Assembly: GCF_963921235.1 (NCBI RefSeq)
Contig: NC_086108.1
Location: 60,512,001 to 60,576,000, forward strand
Length of the DNA: 64,000 nucleotides
From: Mobula hypostoma
Lineage: Eukaryota
Direction: 5' to 3'
Shown here: positions 50,831 through 63,264 of the stretch, piece after piece
Layout: each line of letters opens with the position of its first letter
How positions within the stretch are numbered: the first letter of the stretch is position 1
Translations under genes and position numbers: made by a program
Notes under the pieces: model-generated
The model's database searches: none
What the model was told of the DNA's origin: nothing
What the model saw: the letters and a program-made list of their open reading frames with translations, nothing else

Positions 50831-52424
50831 GATTGGGTGACACTCAATTTGTTATTTTTCCCCAATTCAAACAGGCAATAAAAGCAAAACACCATTTTGA
50901 TAACCAATGATGGTCACTGGGAATAGTTCTTACCTGAAGATTTCATAACATGACATCCACTTTAATAATTCTGAGGAAGGATCACAGCATTGGGCAGTCA
51001 ACATCAATATCAAGGAACTCTTGGTCAGGAAAGAAATGAGGGTGTGCTCTGAGTATTACAGGCTGTTATAGCAAGTACAAGTAAAAAACTTCAAAGACCA
51101 GCAAGGGGTTGAGTGTGTGCCTATACAATACATGCAAATAATCAACCAATACTAAAATTTGTATGGAAACCATTCCACACTCCAGTGATGGTCTGAACAA
51201 TCTATTAATACTAATCTCATTTTCAGATAAACATAAAAATCCTATGAAAATTCCAAATTCTAGTGGAATTTGTGAAGCCAGCAAATACAAGAACATCAGA
51301 ATTAGGAGCAGGAGTAAACCATCTAGCCTTCATATCTGCTCCACCATTCAATGCTGATCTTCCATTTCATTGCTGGAAAATGGCACTATCTCCATTGTCT
51401 TTAATCCACTTCATGTCCACAAATCTATCAAACAAAACATCCACAGCCCTCCAGGGTAAAGAATGGCAAAGATTCATCACCTTCTGAGTGAAGAAATTTT
51501 ACCTCATCATGAATTACTTAATCCTTGTTTTGAGGTTGTGCTTCAGTTCTGGATGCCTCAATCCAGGAAAACAACCCTCCTACAATAAGCTTATCTAGCT
51601 CAGTGTGGATGTTGTAAATCTCAACGAGATCACTTTATGTGGGTATGCTGCCAGTGGTGTCCTACACTGGTCGGTGTTGAGGGTGGTTCTTTCATGTTAT
51701 TTTAGATAACAGAATTGAAGGCTTTATGACCAAGTTTGCAGATGATACGAAGACAGGTGGAGGGACAGGAGTGTTAAAGAATCAGGGAGTCTGCAGAAGG
51801 ACTTGGACAAATTGGGAGAATGGGCAAAGAAGTGGCAGATGAAATATCGTGTACAGAAATGCATGGTCATGCACTCTGGTGGAAAGAATAAAGGTGTAGA
51901 TTTTTTTTTTAATAAACAGGGAGAAAATTCAGAAATCAGAGGTGCAAAGGTACTTGGGAGCCCTTGTACAAGATTCCCTAAAGGCTATAACATTCAGGTT
52001 GAGTCAGTAGTAAGGGAGGCAAAACTCAAGGTTAGCATTAATTTCAAGAGGACTAGAATATGAAAGCAAGGATCTAATGCCGAAGCTTTGTCAGACATTG
52101 GTCAGACCAGACTTGGAGTCCTGTGCGCAGGTTATGGCTCCTTATCTCAGAAAGCATGTGTTAGCATTGGAAAGCATCCTGCTGATGTTCATAAGAACGA
52201 TCTGGGGAATGAAAGGGTTAACATGAGCCTGTGCTCATTGCAGTTTAGAAGAATGTGGGGAGATCTCACTGAAACCTATTGAATACCGAAAGGCCTACAC
52301 AGAGTGGACGTGGAGAAGATGGTTCTACAGTGGGGGAATCTAGGACCAGAGGGCACAGCCTCAGAGTACAAGGACATCTCTTTGGAACAGAGATGAGGAG
52401 GAATTTCTTTACCCAGAGGGTGAT

Positions 52425-54193
52425 GCGTGGCACAACTGGCAGGTGTGTCTCCCAGATGAGTTAAATCTTTTTTTAACACTCGATTCGAAGATGCCAACAC
52501 TGATGAGCCGCTGATGTGACCTGCAGCTTGGTCATCTCTGAGGCTGAAGTATGCAGGTGTTTCCAATGAGTGGACAGTCACAAGGCTTCGGGACCAGATG
52601 GCATCCCAGGGCGAGTACTCAGATTGTGTGTGGGACAACTGGCAGATGTGTTTACAGACATTTTTAATCTCTCCCTTTCCCAGTGTAGAGTGCCCTCCTG
52701 CTTCAAAACATCCACCATTGTTCCTGTACCTAAAAAGACGAAGGTGACATGTCTGAGCGACTGGCATCCTGTCGCATTCAACTCAATAGTAAGCTCACAC
52801 CGTCCTTGCACATCTGGAGAACAGGACTGCCTATGTGAGAATGCTGTTCTTGGACTACAGTTCAGCATTCAACACAACTCCCTCCAGGCTGAACAAAAAG
52901 CTCAGAGACCTCAGCCTTCACCCTGCCTTGTGTAGCTGGATCCTGGACTTCCTGTCAGATCGCCAGCAGGTGGAAAGAGTGGGCTTCCTCACCTCTGCCC
53001 CTCTGACCCTCAACACAGGTGCCCCTCAGAGATGTGTACTAAGCCCCCTCCTTTACTTTGTATATCCATGACTGTGTCGCCACCCACAGCTCTAATCTGC
53101 TAATTAAATTTGCTAACGACACTATACCGATTGGCCTAATCTCAAAGAATAATGAGGCAGCCTACAGAGAAGTAGTCATCACCCTGACACAGTGGTGTCA
53201 AGAAAACAACCTCTCCCTCAATGTCACAAAAACAAAGGAGCTGGTTGTGGATTACAGGAGGAATGGAGACAGGCTAACCCCTATTGACATCAATGGATCT
53301 GGGGTTGAGAGGGTGAACAGCTTTAAGTTTCTCGGCATAAACATCACCGAGGATCTCAAGTGGTCTGTACATACCGGATGTGTGGTGAAAAAGGCACAAC
53401 AGTGTTTCTTTCACCTCAGACAGTTGAAGTTTGGTATGGGCCCTCAACTCCTAATAACTTTCTATAGGGGCACAATTGAGAGCATCCTGACTGGCTGCAT
53501 CACTGCCTGATATGGGAACTGTACTTCCCTCAATCACAGGACCCTGCAGAGAGTAGTGCGGACAGTCCAGCGCATCTGCAGATGTGAACTTCCCACTATT
53601 CAGGACATTTACAGAGACAGGAGTGTAAAAAGGGTCCGAATGATCACTGGGGACTCAAGTCACCCCAACCACAAACTGTTCCAGCTGCTACCATCCGGCA
53701 ACGGAAGCGCAGCATAAAAGCCAGGACCAACATTCTCCAGGACAGCTTCTTCCACCAGGCCATCAGACTGATTAATTCATGCTGACACAACTGTATTTCT
53801 GTTATATTGACTGTCCTGTTGAGGCAGTGTGTTGTGTCCTTGAGCAAGGCACTTAATCACACATCGCTCTGCGACGACACCGGTGCCAAGCTGTATGGGT
53901 CCTAAAGCCCTTCCCTTGGACAACATTGGTGTTGTGGAGAGGGGAGACTTGCAGCATGGGCAACTGCTGGTCTTCCATACAACCTTGCCCAGGCCTGCGC
54001 CCTGGAGAGTGAAGACTTTCCAGGCACAGATCCATGGTCTCGCAAGACTAACGGATGCCTTAAACTGACTAACCTGTTGTACATACTATTTATTACAATT
54101 ACTATAAATTGCACATTTAGACAGAGATGTAATGTAAAGATTTTTACTCCTCATGTATATTAAGGATGTAAGTAATAAAGTCAATTCAATTCA
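52425..54193 (+). mobile_element. Rex1/Babar-like LINE nested in CR1
   Basis: [28 protein letters not shown]; (TCAAT)n tail; GTGAT duplication at 52420-52424 and 54194-54198. Confidence 0.85.
53822..54072 (+). mobile_element. 5'-truncated SINE with RTE-type tail, nested in Rex1
   Basis: GTGTCCTTGAGCAAGGCACTTAA core; CCTGTTG duplication at 53815-53821 and 54073-54079. Confidence 0.7.
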
Positions 54194-55199
54194 GTGATAA
54201 ATCTGTGGAATTCATTGCCACAGATAGCTGTGAGGGCCAAGTTATTGGGTATATTTAAAGCAAAGGTTGATAGGTTCTTGATTAGAAAGAGTGTCAAAGA
54301 CTACAGAGAGAAGGCAGGAGGATTGGGTTGAGAGGGATAATATATCAGCCATAATGGAGTGATGGAACAGACATGATGAGCCAAATGGCCTAATTCTGCT
54401 CTTATGTCTTAAGCCAAACAGGAAGATGCAATGCTTGTTGTTGCCAGTGGTATGCGTCGATTTTTCAGGGATGTTCTGAGAGTTTTTGAATCTCTTTTTT
54501 TGTCTACCATGTGATCAATTTGCCCTGTCAGTTCTCCATAAATGTAAGTAATAAAGGTGAACTGTCATTTCTCTTCCCATTTGCTTGCTGCACCTGTACG
54601 TTTGTTTAACTGCGTGCGCCTTTGTTTATACCTCGATATTTCTTAATTTTCCAGCATCGTTAAAACATTTTGAAGTGCATGACTCACAATTTTCTTATAT
54701 TCTATTTCCATGTTCTCATTCACTTTGTCAAATATCCAAACTGAAATCTCTTTGCAGCCTTCTCCTTTACTTACACCTACTTCTGTAGCACCGGAAAACT
54801 TGGAAATAAAATATTTGGGCCTCTCGGTCATTGATGTGTATTGCATATAGGTGGGCCACAAACACCAATCTCTGGCCACGGGAAACCAGTATGCAAAAGA
54901 CCCATTTATTCCCCGCAAACTACAAACTTATTTTAAGCGGATTCATAATTGTGATCAGTTTACAGCAGCAATACGTAGTGTGATATTTGCCTAACCTTGC
55001 AGATTATAATCAGGAGCTTAGGGATACAAGTGATACAGGCAAACTGTAACAACTCAGTGAAAATAACGCTTTCACAATTTGGGTAATATGTTTTCCAGCG
55101 ACCTTCACTCCACAACCCATTCAAAGTGCAACGAACGCGCAGTTCAAGAACTCGGGTATTTTGCAAGTTGCCCTTTCACCCAGCAATCCACGAAAACAA

Positions 55200-55720
55200 A
55201 AAAAACACTGCACAAAGGCACGGGAGGGAACCGGCACTAACCGCGGGAGACTCTTCTGGAAGTGGTTGGTGGGAACGATGCTTTCGTGCAGATAGTCGGG
55301 ATCGGGGCTGGAGCTGCTCGCCCGCTGCAGAGATCGGCCGCCGACCGGAGCCCGCACCGTGATCGCAACCCGGGCTCGGCACTGCCCGGCCGGAGACGCC
55401 ACCCACCCCAGTTCGCTCAGTTTGCTGGCAGCAGGGGGAAGTCGCAAGGCAGCCATCACAGCCGTAAGTCACAAGCACTTATGCAAACAATCAAAGAATC
55501 CCAATTTAACAAGTAGCGGTTCGGTAGCAGTCGCACTCCTGGATTTCCGGGAAGTTTCGGCAAAGCCCCGGACTCCAGCCCAGGAAGTGACGAGAATGGA
55601 AGGGCGGGTATAGAGGAGGCACCACTTCTAGTGCAACGTTGCACTCTAGCTGGCGTGGGACCTAACCAGTTACCCTTTACCGCCACCCTCCTCCGTCTGA
55701 CGGGGCTGGCCCTCACTCGA
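55200..55720 (-). promoter_or_regulatory. CpG island / CPT2 promoter
   Basis: Strong CpG enrichment against a CpG-poor background; GGAAGT ETS-like motifs near 55550 and 55583; GC-box-like GGGCGG near 55601. Confidence 0.7.
55242..55456 (-). CDS. CPT2: CPT2 exon 1 (mitochondrial presequence plus start of the mature protein)
   Basis: gtgATGg; MAALRLPP...DYLHESIVPTNHFQKSLP(R)|gttagt; total CDS 2040 bp = 679 aa. Confidence 0.9.
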
Positions 55721-55744
55721 CAATGTGCCTCCCACTTTCTCCAA

Positions 55745-57290
55745 ACTCAATGTGAAGTTATGGGCTCCAGCTATGTCTGCCTTGGAGTTGGCTAGACGAG
55801 GTTCAATGGGTCCATGTTCCAGGCCTTCCCCGATAATGCTCCCCAGCTCTTTGCGCTACGTTGACGACTGCATTGGTGCTCTTTCCCGCACCCGTGCGGA
55901 ACTTGTCAATTTCAGCAAATTTGCCCCTAACTTCCACCCTGCCCTTAAATCCACTTGGTCCATTTCTGACACCTCTCTCCCGTTTCTAGGCCTCGCTGTC
56001 CGAGGCAAACTATTTACCGATGTATTTTATAAACCTACCGATTCCCATGGCTAACATAATTATACCTCTTCCCAACCTGTCGCCTGTAAAAATACTATTC
56101 CCTTTTCTCAGTTCCTTTGTTTCTGTTGCTTCAGTTCCCAGGATGAGGCTTTCCTTTCCAAGGTATCAGAGATGTCCTCCTCCTTCAGAGAATGGGGTTT
56201 CCCTTCCTCCACAGTGGATGCTGCCCTCACCCACATCGCCTCCATTTCCCGGACTTGCCCTCACCACATCGCCTCCATTTCCTGGACCTATCCTCACCCC
56301 ATCATCCTGCCACCTTGACGGGTATAGAGTTCCTCTTGTTTGTCCCTACCACCCCATGAGACTCTTCATCCAGTATATTACTCTGTGTAACTTCTGCTAT
56401 CTTCAACAGGACCCTACCACCAAATACATCCTTTATCTAATGCCTCCACTCTGTGATTCCCCTGTTCATTTGTTCCCCAACCCTCCCCCCACTAATTTTC
56501 CTCCTGGCATTTATCCCTGCAAGCTGAAATTTTGCACCTGTCCATTCACCTCCTTTCAGGGCCCCAAGTAGTCCATCCAGATGAGGCAACACTTCACCTG
56601 TGAATTTTTGGGGTCGTCTATCTGGTACTCCCGATGCAGCTTCCTCTTCATTGGTGAGACCCAGCACGGGCTGAGGGACTGCTTTGTCGAGCACCTTTGC
56701 TCCATTCACAGAAAGCAGGATTTCCCCTTGGCCAATCATTTTAATACCTATCCCCATTTCCATTTCGATATGTCGGTCCATGGCCTCTTGTACTGCCACG
56801 ATCAGCCCACATGAGGTTGGAGGTGCAACACCTCATATTCTTTGTGGGTTGACTTCAACTTGAAGGCATGAACATCAATTTCTCCAACTTCCAGTAAATT
56901 TTCCCCCTTCCCCTTCCCTCTTCAATTCTCCACTCTTCCCCCCTTACCTGTTCTCTTCTCCTCACCTGCCTATCACCTTCTCCTGATGTCCTTATCCTTC
57001 CCTGTCTCCCATAGTCCTCTCTCCTAACATATTGCTACTTCTTCAGCCCTTTACCTTTTCCATCTATCACCTCCCAGCTTCTTCATCCACTCTCCGCCAC
57101 CCACCTGGCTTCACTAATCATCTTTTAGCTTGTACTCCTCTTTCTCTCCCCACCTTATTCTGGCTTCTTCCCCCTTCCTTTCCAGTTTTGAAAAAGAGTC
57201 CTGGCTTGAAACATCAACTGTTTATTTATTTCCATAGATGCTGCCTGACCTGCTGAGTTCCAGCAGCATTTTGTGTGTTTCGCTGGGATG
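55745..57290 (+). mobile_element. Older Penelope-like element (RT C-terminus + GIY-YIG), degraded
   Basis: RYVDDCIG, YKPTDSH, CSFLFIGET remnants and terminal repeat. Confidence 0.85.
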
Positions 57291-58141
57291 GGATGATGTG
57301 ACTATCAATATTAGGGTACACTAGTCCTGTACGAGGGGTACCACAAATAACCTTGTCATAGTTTCTATCTCTACTCCATCCTAATGACAGGACCATCCAG
57401 CCAAAAGATTAACTCTGTTTCTTTCTGCCCAACATGCTGAGCACGCATCATTTATTTTCCTTCTTTCTGAAAATGCAGATTGAGTTACTGCAAAACACTT
57501 TTATTCAATTCATAGAGTTTACCTCAATTACCTTTTGCTTTAATTCTCCATTCCACTGTGTCTTGTACCTTGAGTGTGTGTTCATCAGAGCCCAGTGTAG
57601 TTTTGAGGGGTATCATCTACTATCTGGTCAAGGTCCAATTCTTAGAGTACAACCCTGAATTCCGCCTTCTCAGATATCAAACTTTTGAAGACTCTCAGGA
57701 GGAGCCATTTTATATCCAAGTTCCAGCATTATTTTATTTCTTGTTTTTTTTTTCATCATCTCCTTCCATTTGGATCTCTTCCAGGCAGAGCATCTACAGT
57801 ATTCATCATGCTCTCAAGATGGCACCACTTCAATCTGGACCTTTCAGTCTTCCCTCATCCCAACCCAATCTTGCCACAGATATTCCTTTTGTTCTCTCCA
57901 CCCCTCAGCTTTCTCTGTAACAAAGTAGATATAATTTCTATTTAATTTCTGTTCCGATAAACATGGTTAATCTGAAATGTTAAAACTATTTTTTATTCTT
58001 CCACAAATGCTGTCTAGCCTCCCGAGTACTTACATGATTTTCTATTTTCATTTTAAATCTCTTCATGGGGTATAGCCAAGTTGACTATGAACAGATCCTG
58101 ACAGTGGCATCCAAGGATCTGTTTATCCTAATAATCTGTAT

Positions 58142-61100
58142 CAGTGTTTCCAACCTTTTTCAGCCCAATGACCCCCAAAGCACATTGATTCTTGCCAAAG
58201 CCCCCCTAATGCACACTCATACTTGCCAATGCCCCTCTCAGGCACAATATACTTCCCAGCGCCCCCCTACTGTAAAAACAAATCTACTATATGCTAACTG
58301 GAGAAAAATTATACTGCCTTAAATTTTTATTTGTCGTTAAACCTAGCTTACACAGGACCTGTACGCTGAACAGCAACTTCGATATCAATGTGATCCTTGA
58401 GGTTGAATTAGCAAGAATTGAAATATCTGGTTCAAGTTGTGACAGCAAGAACCTTAAGTCCCCACGCATAACAACGTCCAAGTGGTTTTTTGTGAGTTTG
58501 TGGTTCACTGCACTGAAGCCTCTTTCAACAAGGTAGAAGGATGGAAATGCAATGAAGAGCAGTTCAGCTCTTCTTCAAAGATCAGGAAACTTTGTATGAT
58601 AGTGAAGCGAAATACCACAAAAGTCAATATTTTCAAAAAGCATTTTTTCTTCTTCATCATTCTGAATTTTGATAATTTCTTCTTGCAAGCTCTCTTCCTG
58701 TTCTTCCAACTTGCAAAGAAATGGGTTCACTACCCAGCCTGGAATTTCCAGATCGTGTGAATCCTTGTATTTGAATCGATTCTGAAAATCCTTCTTCAGT
58801 GACTGCAGGTGTAAACGATGATGAAGGCTGGTTCCTTGCTTGCGAAGATCAGGAAGGAAGAAGAGTCCTCAGGAGCAACGGCATGATCGTTGGTGACTGC
58901 AGAGGCCAGTTCTGGATCTGCTGACTCTGGAGCATTAGAGACACAGGAACAGATGGGATGCAGGCACTTAGGTAGTAGGATCCTTCCTGCATCTCTTGTT
59001 CTCTTCAGCAGTTGCTCTTCTGGATTCCTCAAAATTCTCGGCTGCTTCGTAGATCAGTGTCTCCAGTAGTCTCTGTCACAAGCCAGCCGCAGCCACTCAC
59101 TGACCTCGCTATTTTCCTGAGAGAGCTGCTGTTTAAGTTGGTCTTTGTACCTCTTGAGTGGGGTACCACAATCTCTTGCCTTGAGAGAGTTCTCCGTAGA
59201 GTACCGCTTTCGGTAACCTGAAGTTGTCCATTCATGACACGTGGCCTGACCAGCAGAGCTGCTTGAGCAGCAAAGTGGCTTCAATGCTTGGTAGTTGAGC
59301 CCTCTTCAGGACCTCGTTGTTGGAGACACAATCCTGCCTGCTAATAACCATAATGGTGTGGAGGCTGCGTTGATGGAAGTGAGCGAGCAACCGGATTTGC
59401 TTGCAGTAGAAGACACAGGCTTCAGTGCTGTACAGCAGTGTTGTGACAATGGCAGCCCTGTACACATGGATTTTTATGGACAGACTCAGCTGGTGGTGCT
59501 TCCACACACATTTCTGGGGGCGCCCAAAGTCACTGCTCGCTCCGTGAGTCAATTGTCTACTACTACTGTCATTCCCTACTACTGTAGCATCGTTGGAAAT
59601 GAAGCTGCCCAGGTAGGTGAACTGCCCAACCATGGTGAGAGGATGGTTATTAATGGTGATCCAAGGTGGGTTTGTAAATGCCACGAGGATCATTGTTTTC
59701 TTCAGACTGACCGTTAACCCGAGAGCCCTTGCCGCCTTAGTGAACTGAGTGACCACAGCCTGTAGCGCATCCTCTGTGTGCATAAGAGCATAGTTGGCTG
59801 CAATTAGAAGCTCGAGATGGGCTCTTGCATGGTTTTTGTTTGGGCGAGAAGGCGGCGGAGGCAGAATACAGATGAATACAGATTTGTGCTCCAAGCCAAA
59901 CAGACAAATGCAAAACAGTTGGTGGACTTCCCTAGTGAACGAATGCAGCACCATGCAGGCACTGGCAACACTCGAGCCTTCTACAAACTGCTGCATGTAG
60001 TATATCATCTGACTCGACAGATTCAAGCCCCTTTACACTCATTGGATGGCTCCAGCCTGCTAACAGGCAAGGAAGTCATCATGAGGTGATGGACAGAGCA
60101 CTACGAGAGCTGTTTCGGGGGTAATCATCAAGTACAAGAAGCATCGATTAAAATGATTCCCCGGCATGAGGTCAGGATTATGCTGATGGCCTGCCAACTC
60201 TGGACAAAGTCAAAGTTGCTACTTCCAAGCTGAAATGCCATAAAGCCCCAGGCATTGACGGGATCCCAGCAGAAGTGTACCAAATGGGTGGAGACATTCT
60301 CCTAAGCGAGCTCACAAACCTGTTCATACTTTATTGGAAGAAGGGCTCACGCCAAATGACCTATGCAATGCTGTAATTGTCTCCCTGTACAGGAACAAAG
60401 GCAAGAAATTGGATTGTTCAAACTACAGAGGTGTTACCCTGCTGTCCACTGCCAGGAAGATCCTTGCCAGAAATCTCCTGGACAGAATCATCCCTACCAA
60501 TGCCGAAGGCAACCTCAGAGAGTCAGTGTGGATTCAAAGCGAACAGAGGCACATCTGACATGATCTTCATCCTGTGCCAGATACAGGAGAAGTGTTGTGA
60601 ACAGAATGTGGGGCTGTACACGGCATTCATTGACCTAACCAAGGCCTTTGATACAGTCAGCCACGATAGTCTCCGGAAGATTCTGTCGAAGCAAAAGAGA
60701 CCACCTTGGAGAGCATCTACATTCGGTTGAAGTATCTTCAACCTCCGTAGGTGTAAGCAGTACTCTTGCAAATCACCATCTGTGAAAAAGAGTGCCATTC
60801 TCCATGCAGGGAAACTATGAGAACATTCTTCTCCCAATATTCTGCTTATGTATTTCCAATTTTTCAATAAAAGTGGACGCTACACTTTTTGCCTGAATTA
60901 TAATTGAAATTCTCACCCTGCAGATTTTCATGTTTAGAATGTTCATTTTGTCATACAGATTGGCTAGGTGTGCCACATCTCCACGTAAAAGTTCAATCCT
61001 GTCTCCCAAGCTCTTGTCAACTTTGAGCAAAAATTCAACCACGGTGTCAAAAACTTCAGGTTGGCAAGTTCACTGATTGGCTCTATTTTACCATTTGGTT

Positions 61101-61546
61101 CAGGACAGCACTGTATCATTGTGCAATCTGTTTTCTGTAGATCTGTAGAGAAAGTTAAGAGGGTGTACCTGACTTAACAACTGTTAAATTGCATGAACTC
61201 GTTCCATATCACAAGTCAAGGGGAACTGCTGGGCACCCTGGTTGCTAATTTATGCATCCCCAATAATGTCTGTTTGGTTGGTAAAGTCAGATGCGATTGC
61301 TGTGGTTCAGATGCGTTGTGACGACGAGTATTCAACACCTGCAGAGCTATGGTTCTTCCTGTGTTTCAGTGCCTCATCCTTTTTTTTGGAAGTGCCTGCT
61401 CTACTAATGGTCGGCCAGGTCTTGTGCCTCAAGTTAGGGGTGCTGCTTTTCACCCTTCCCCAAGAATCTTGAACCCCCCCCCCCCATGACTTCTATTTCC
61501 CTAATGCCCACCTGGGGGACGGTACCACCCCTGTTAGAAATCACTG
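58142..61546 (-). mobile_element. hAT (Charlie/Buster-like) transposon, degraded
   Basis: Termini CAGTGTTTCCAAC / GTTAGAAATCACTG; 8-bp TSD ATCTGTAT / ATCTTTAT; remnants LDVVMRGDLRFLLSQLEPDI and LANLYDKMNILN. Confidence 0.85.
58799..60747 (-). mobile_element. RTE-clade LINE with inverted 5' segment, nested in hAT
   Basis: + strand 59862-60747: KAPGIDGIP, NYRGVTLLS, ESQCGF, FIDLTKAFD; - strand 59861-58799: ELL.A..AL, FTYLGS, W.GHV, 3' tail. Confidence 0.85.
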
Positions 61547-63264
61547 ATCTTTATGTTTCCTAGTTTGATGTTGAGAGAGATAGATAGAGAGAGAGAGAGA
61601 GAGAAACACATATTGACTAATGGCATCCTTGAGCCCTTTTGTGACCAGTGAACTCTGGACTGAAGTATGTGGTAAGATGCTCAGAGAGGAGAATTGTTTG
61701 TATTAAGTTTTCCTTCACTCCTTCCATCTTGCTATCCTGAAACCCCTATTCCCCCCGGTTTTCCTCACCCCAGGATTGTTTCTGCGGATTGAAGAAATGC
61801 TCTGCCCTTTGGCCAAAGATGTGCCTAAGGGAGAAGAATTGTTAACAAATTTCAACATGGATTTAGGAAAAGAAGATTATCACCTTCCCAGCTGAATTTC
61901 TTTGAGACAAAGTAAAAAGACATAGAAGTAGGCTGCCTTGTCATTCAGTTTTAGTGTGGTTGATCCTCTACCTCTATATTCTTGCATTCTCCCGTCATAC
62001 CTTTGGTGTCCAAAAAAATTTTCTTTTTTCTTAAGTATATTCATTCACTTGGTCTTCAGTATCTTTAGTAGTAGAAAATTCCACAGATTCACTAGTCTCT
62101 TAAGTGAAAAAAAAAATGTTCTCACTTCAATCTTGAAGGGCAGATTGGGGAGCTTTCTTTGCAAGAGAGAGCACTGAGAGCAAGTGACAGAAGTGGACAA
62201 TGAGAGGTCCTTCCTGTTTTGGAGGGTTTGAGGATTAGAGGACACAGAAATGTAGGGGAAGAGAATTTTTGGTGACATGAGTTTTTACGCAATATGTGCT
62301 TGGAATCTGGAGTGCTTTGCCTGTATTTGTGATGAAGATAAGTTCCACTGTGGCCTTCAGAGGGAAATAGATCAATATAGCATGAGGAACAATTTTCAGG
62401 GCAATGGAAAAGAGGCCAAGGTGGACCTAGTGAGTTACTCCAATAGAGAGCTTGAGTGGACCTGATGGAGTGAATGCCCTTCTGAGCTCTAGTTATTCTA
62501 TAATTATCTTGCCCTGTATCCTGTGACTGTAACCCCTTGTTGTAGGCTCCTCAAAATGGGGAAGCATCCTCCTGCATCCAGTGTGTCTAGCCCTCTGGCG
62601 AGGGATATTTCTAAATCCGGGGTGATGTATTACATAATATTACGCCTCATGATTTTCACTAACCCTAGGCATTGCACTAAGAACTAGTAGGCAAACTTTG
62701 AATTAGATAAGTAATTATATTCCTGTTAATGGCATCATATTTACATAGATTGTTTATTATTAAATCTTAGAGAATCAATACTGGGAGGATTGATTTCAGC
62801 GTCTCTATCAATAATCTGAAAATCACTAGTGCTTCAAGAGAGCAAATGACATATTTTAAGTCACATGGGGACGGAAAATAATTCAGCATCTCAAATTCAT
62901 AAAATTTTGTGGACATGCATTATTAAACTCCATCTGAGAATTAGTTACATCCCACTTTGTCTCTAATTTAAATTATAGGGTTGTAGACATTTCATTAATG
63001 AAGGAAGCATTTTGTCCTGATTTGCTCTAATTCTAGATCATTGTTGGAGCTATTTTATTCGCTTTTCTGAATGTGAGCATTATCCTCCAACATTTGACCT
63101 TTTGAAGCAATTCCTTTTCAAATGATACATATTTTTCTTTTAATAGTGGAACGTGAGCACTCCTAATTGGGCCACCGCTTAATAACCATCCCAAATAGCC
63201 CTTAAGAAAGTGGTGGTGAGCCACCCTCTTTAACAGTGGCTGTTCATGTGCATTGTTATTCCTG

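Larger units (their letters stand above)
51640..54410 (+). mobile_element. CR1 3' portion, interrupted
   Basis: KFADDTK, LGEWAKKWQM motifs; CR1 sequence resumes at 54194. Confidence 0.8.

Noticed and set aside
61575-61605. (GA)n / GATA microsatellite and various homopolymer runs
   Set aside because: Ordinary simple repeats
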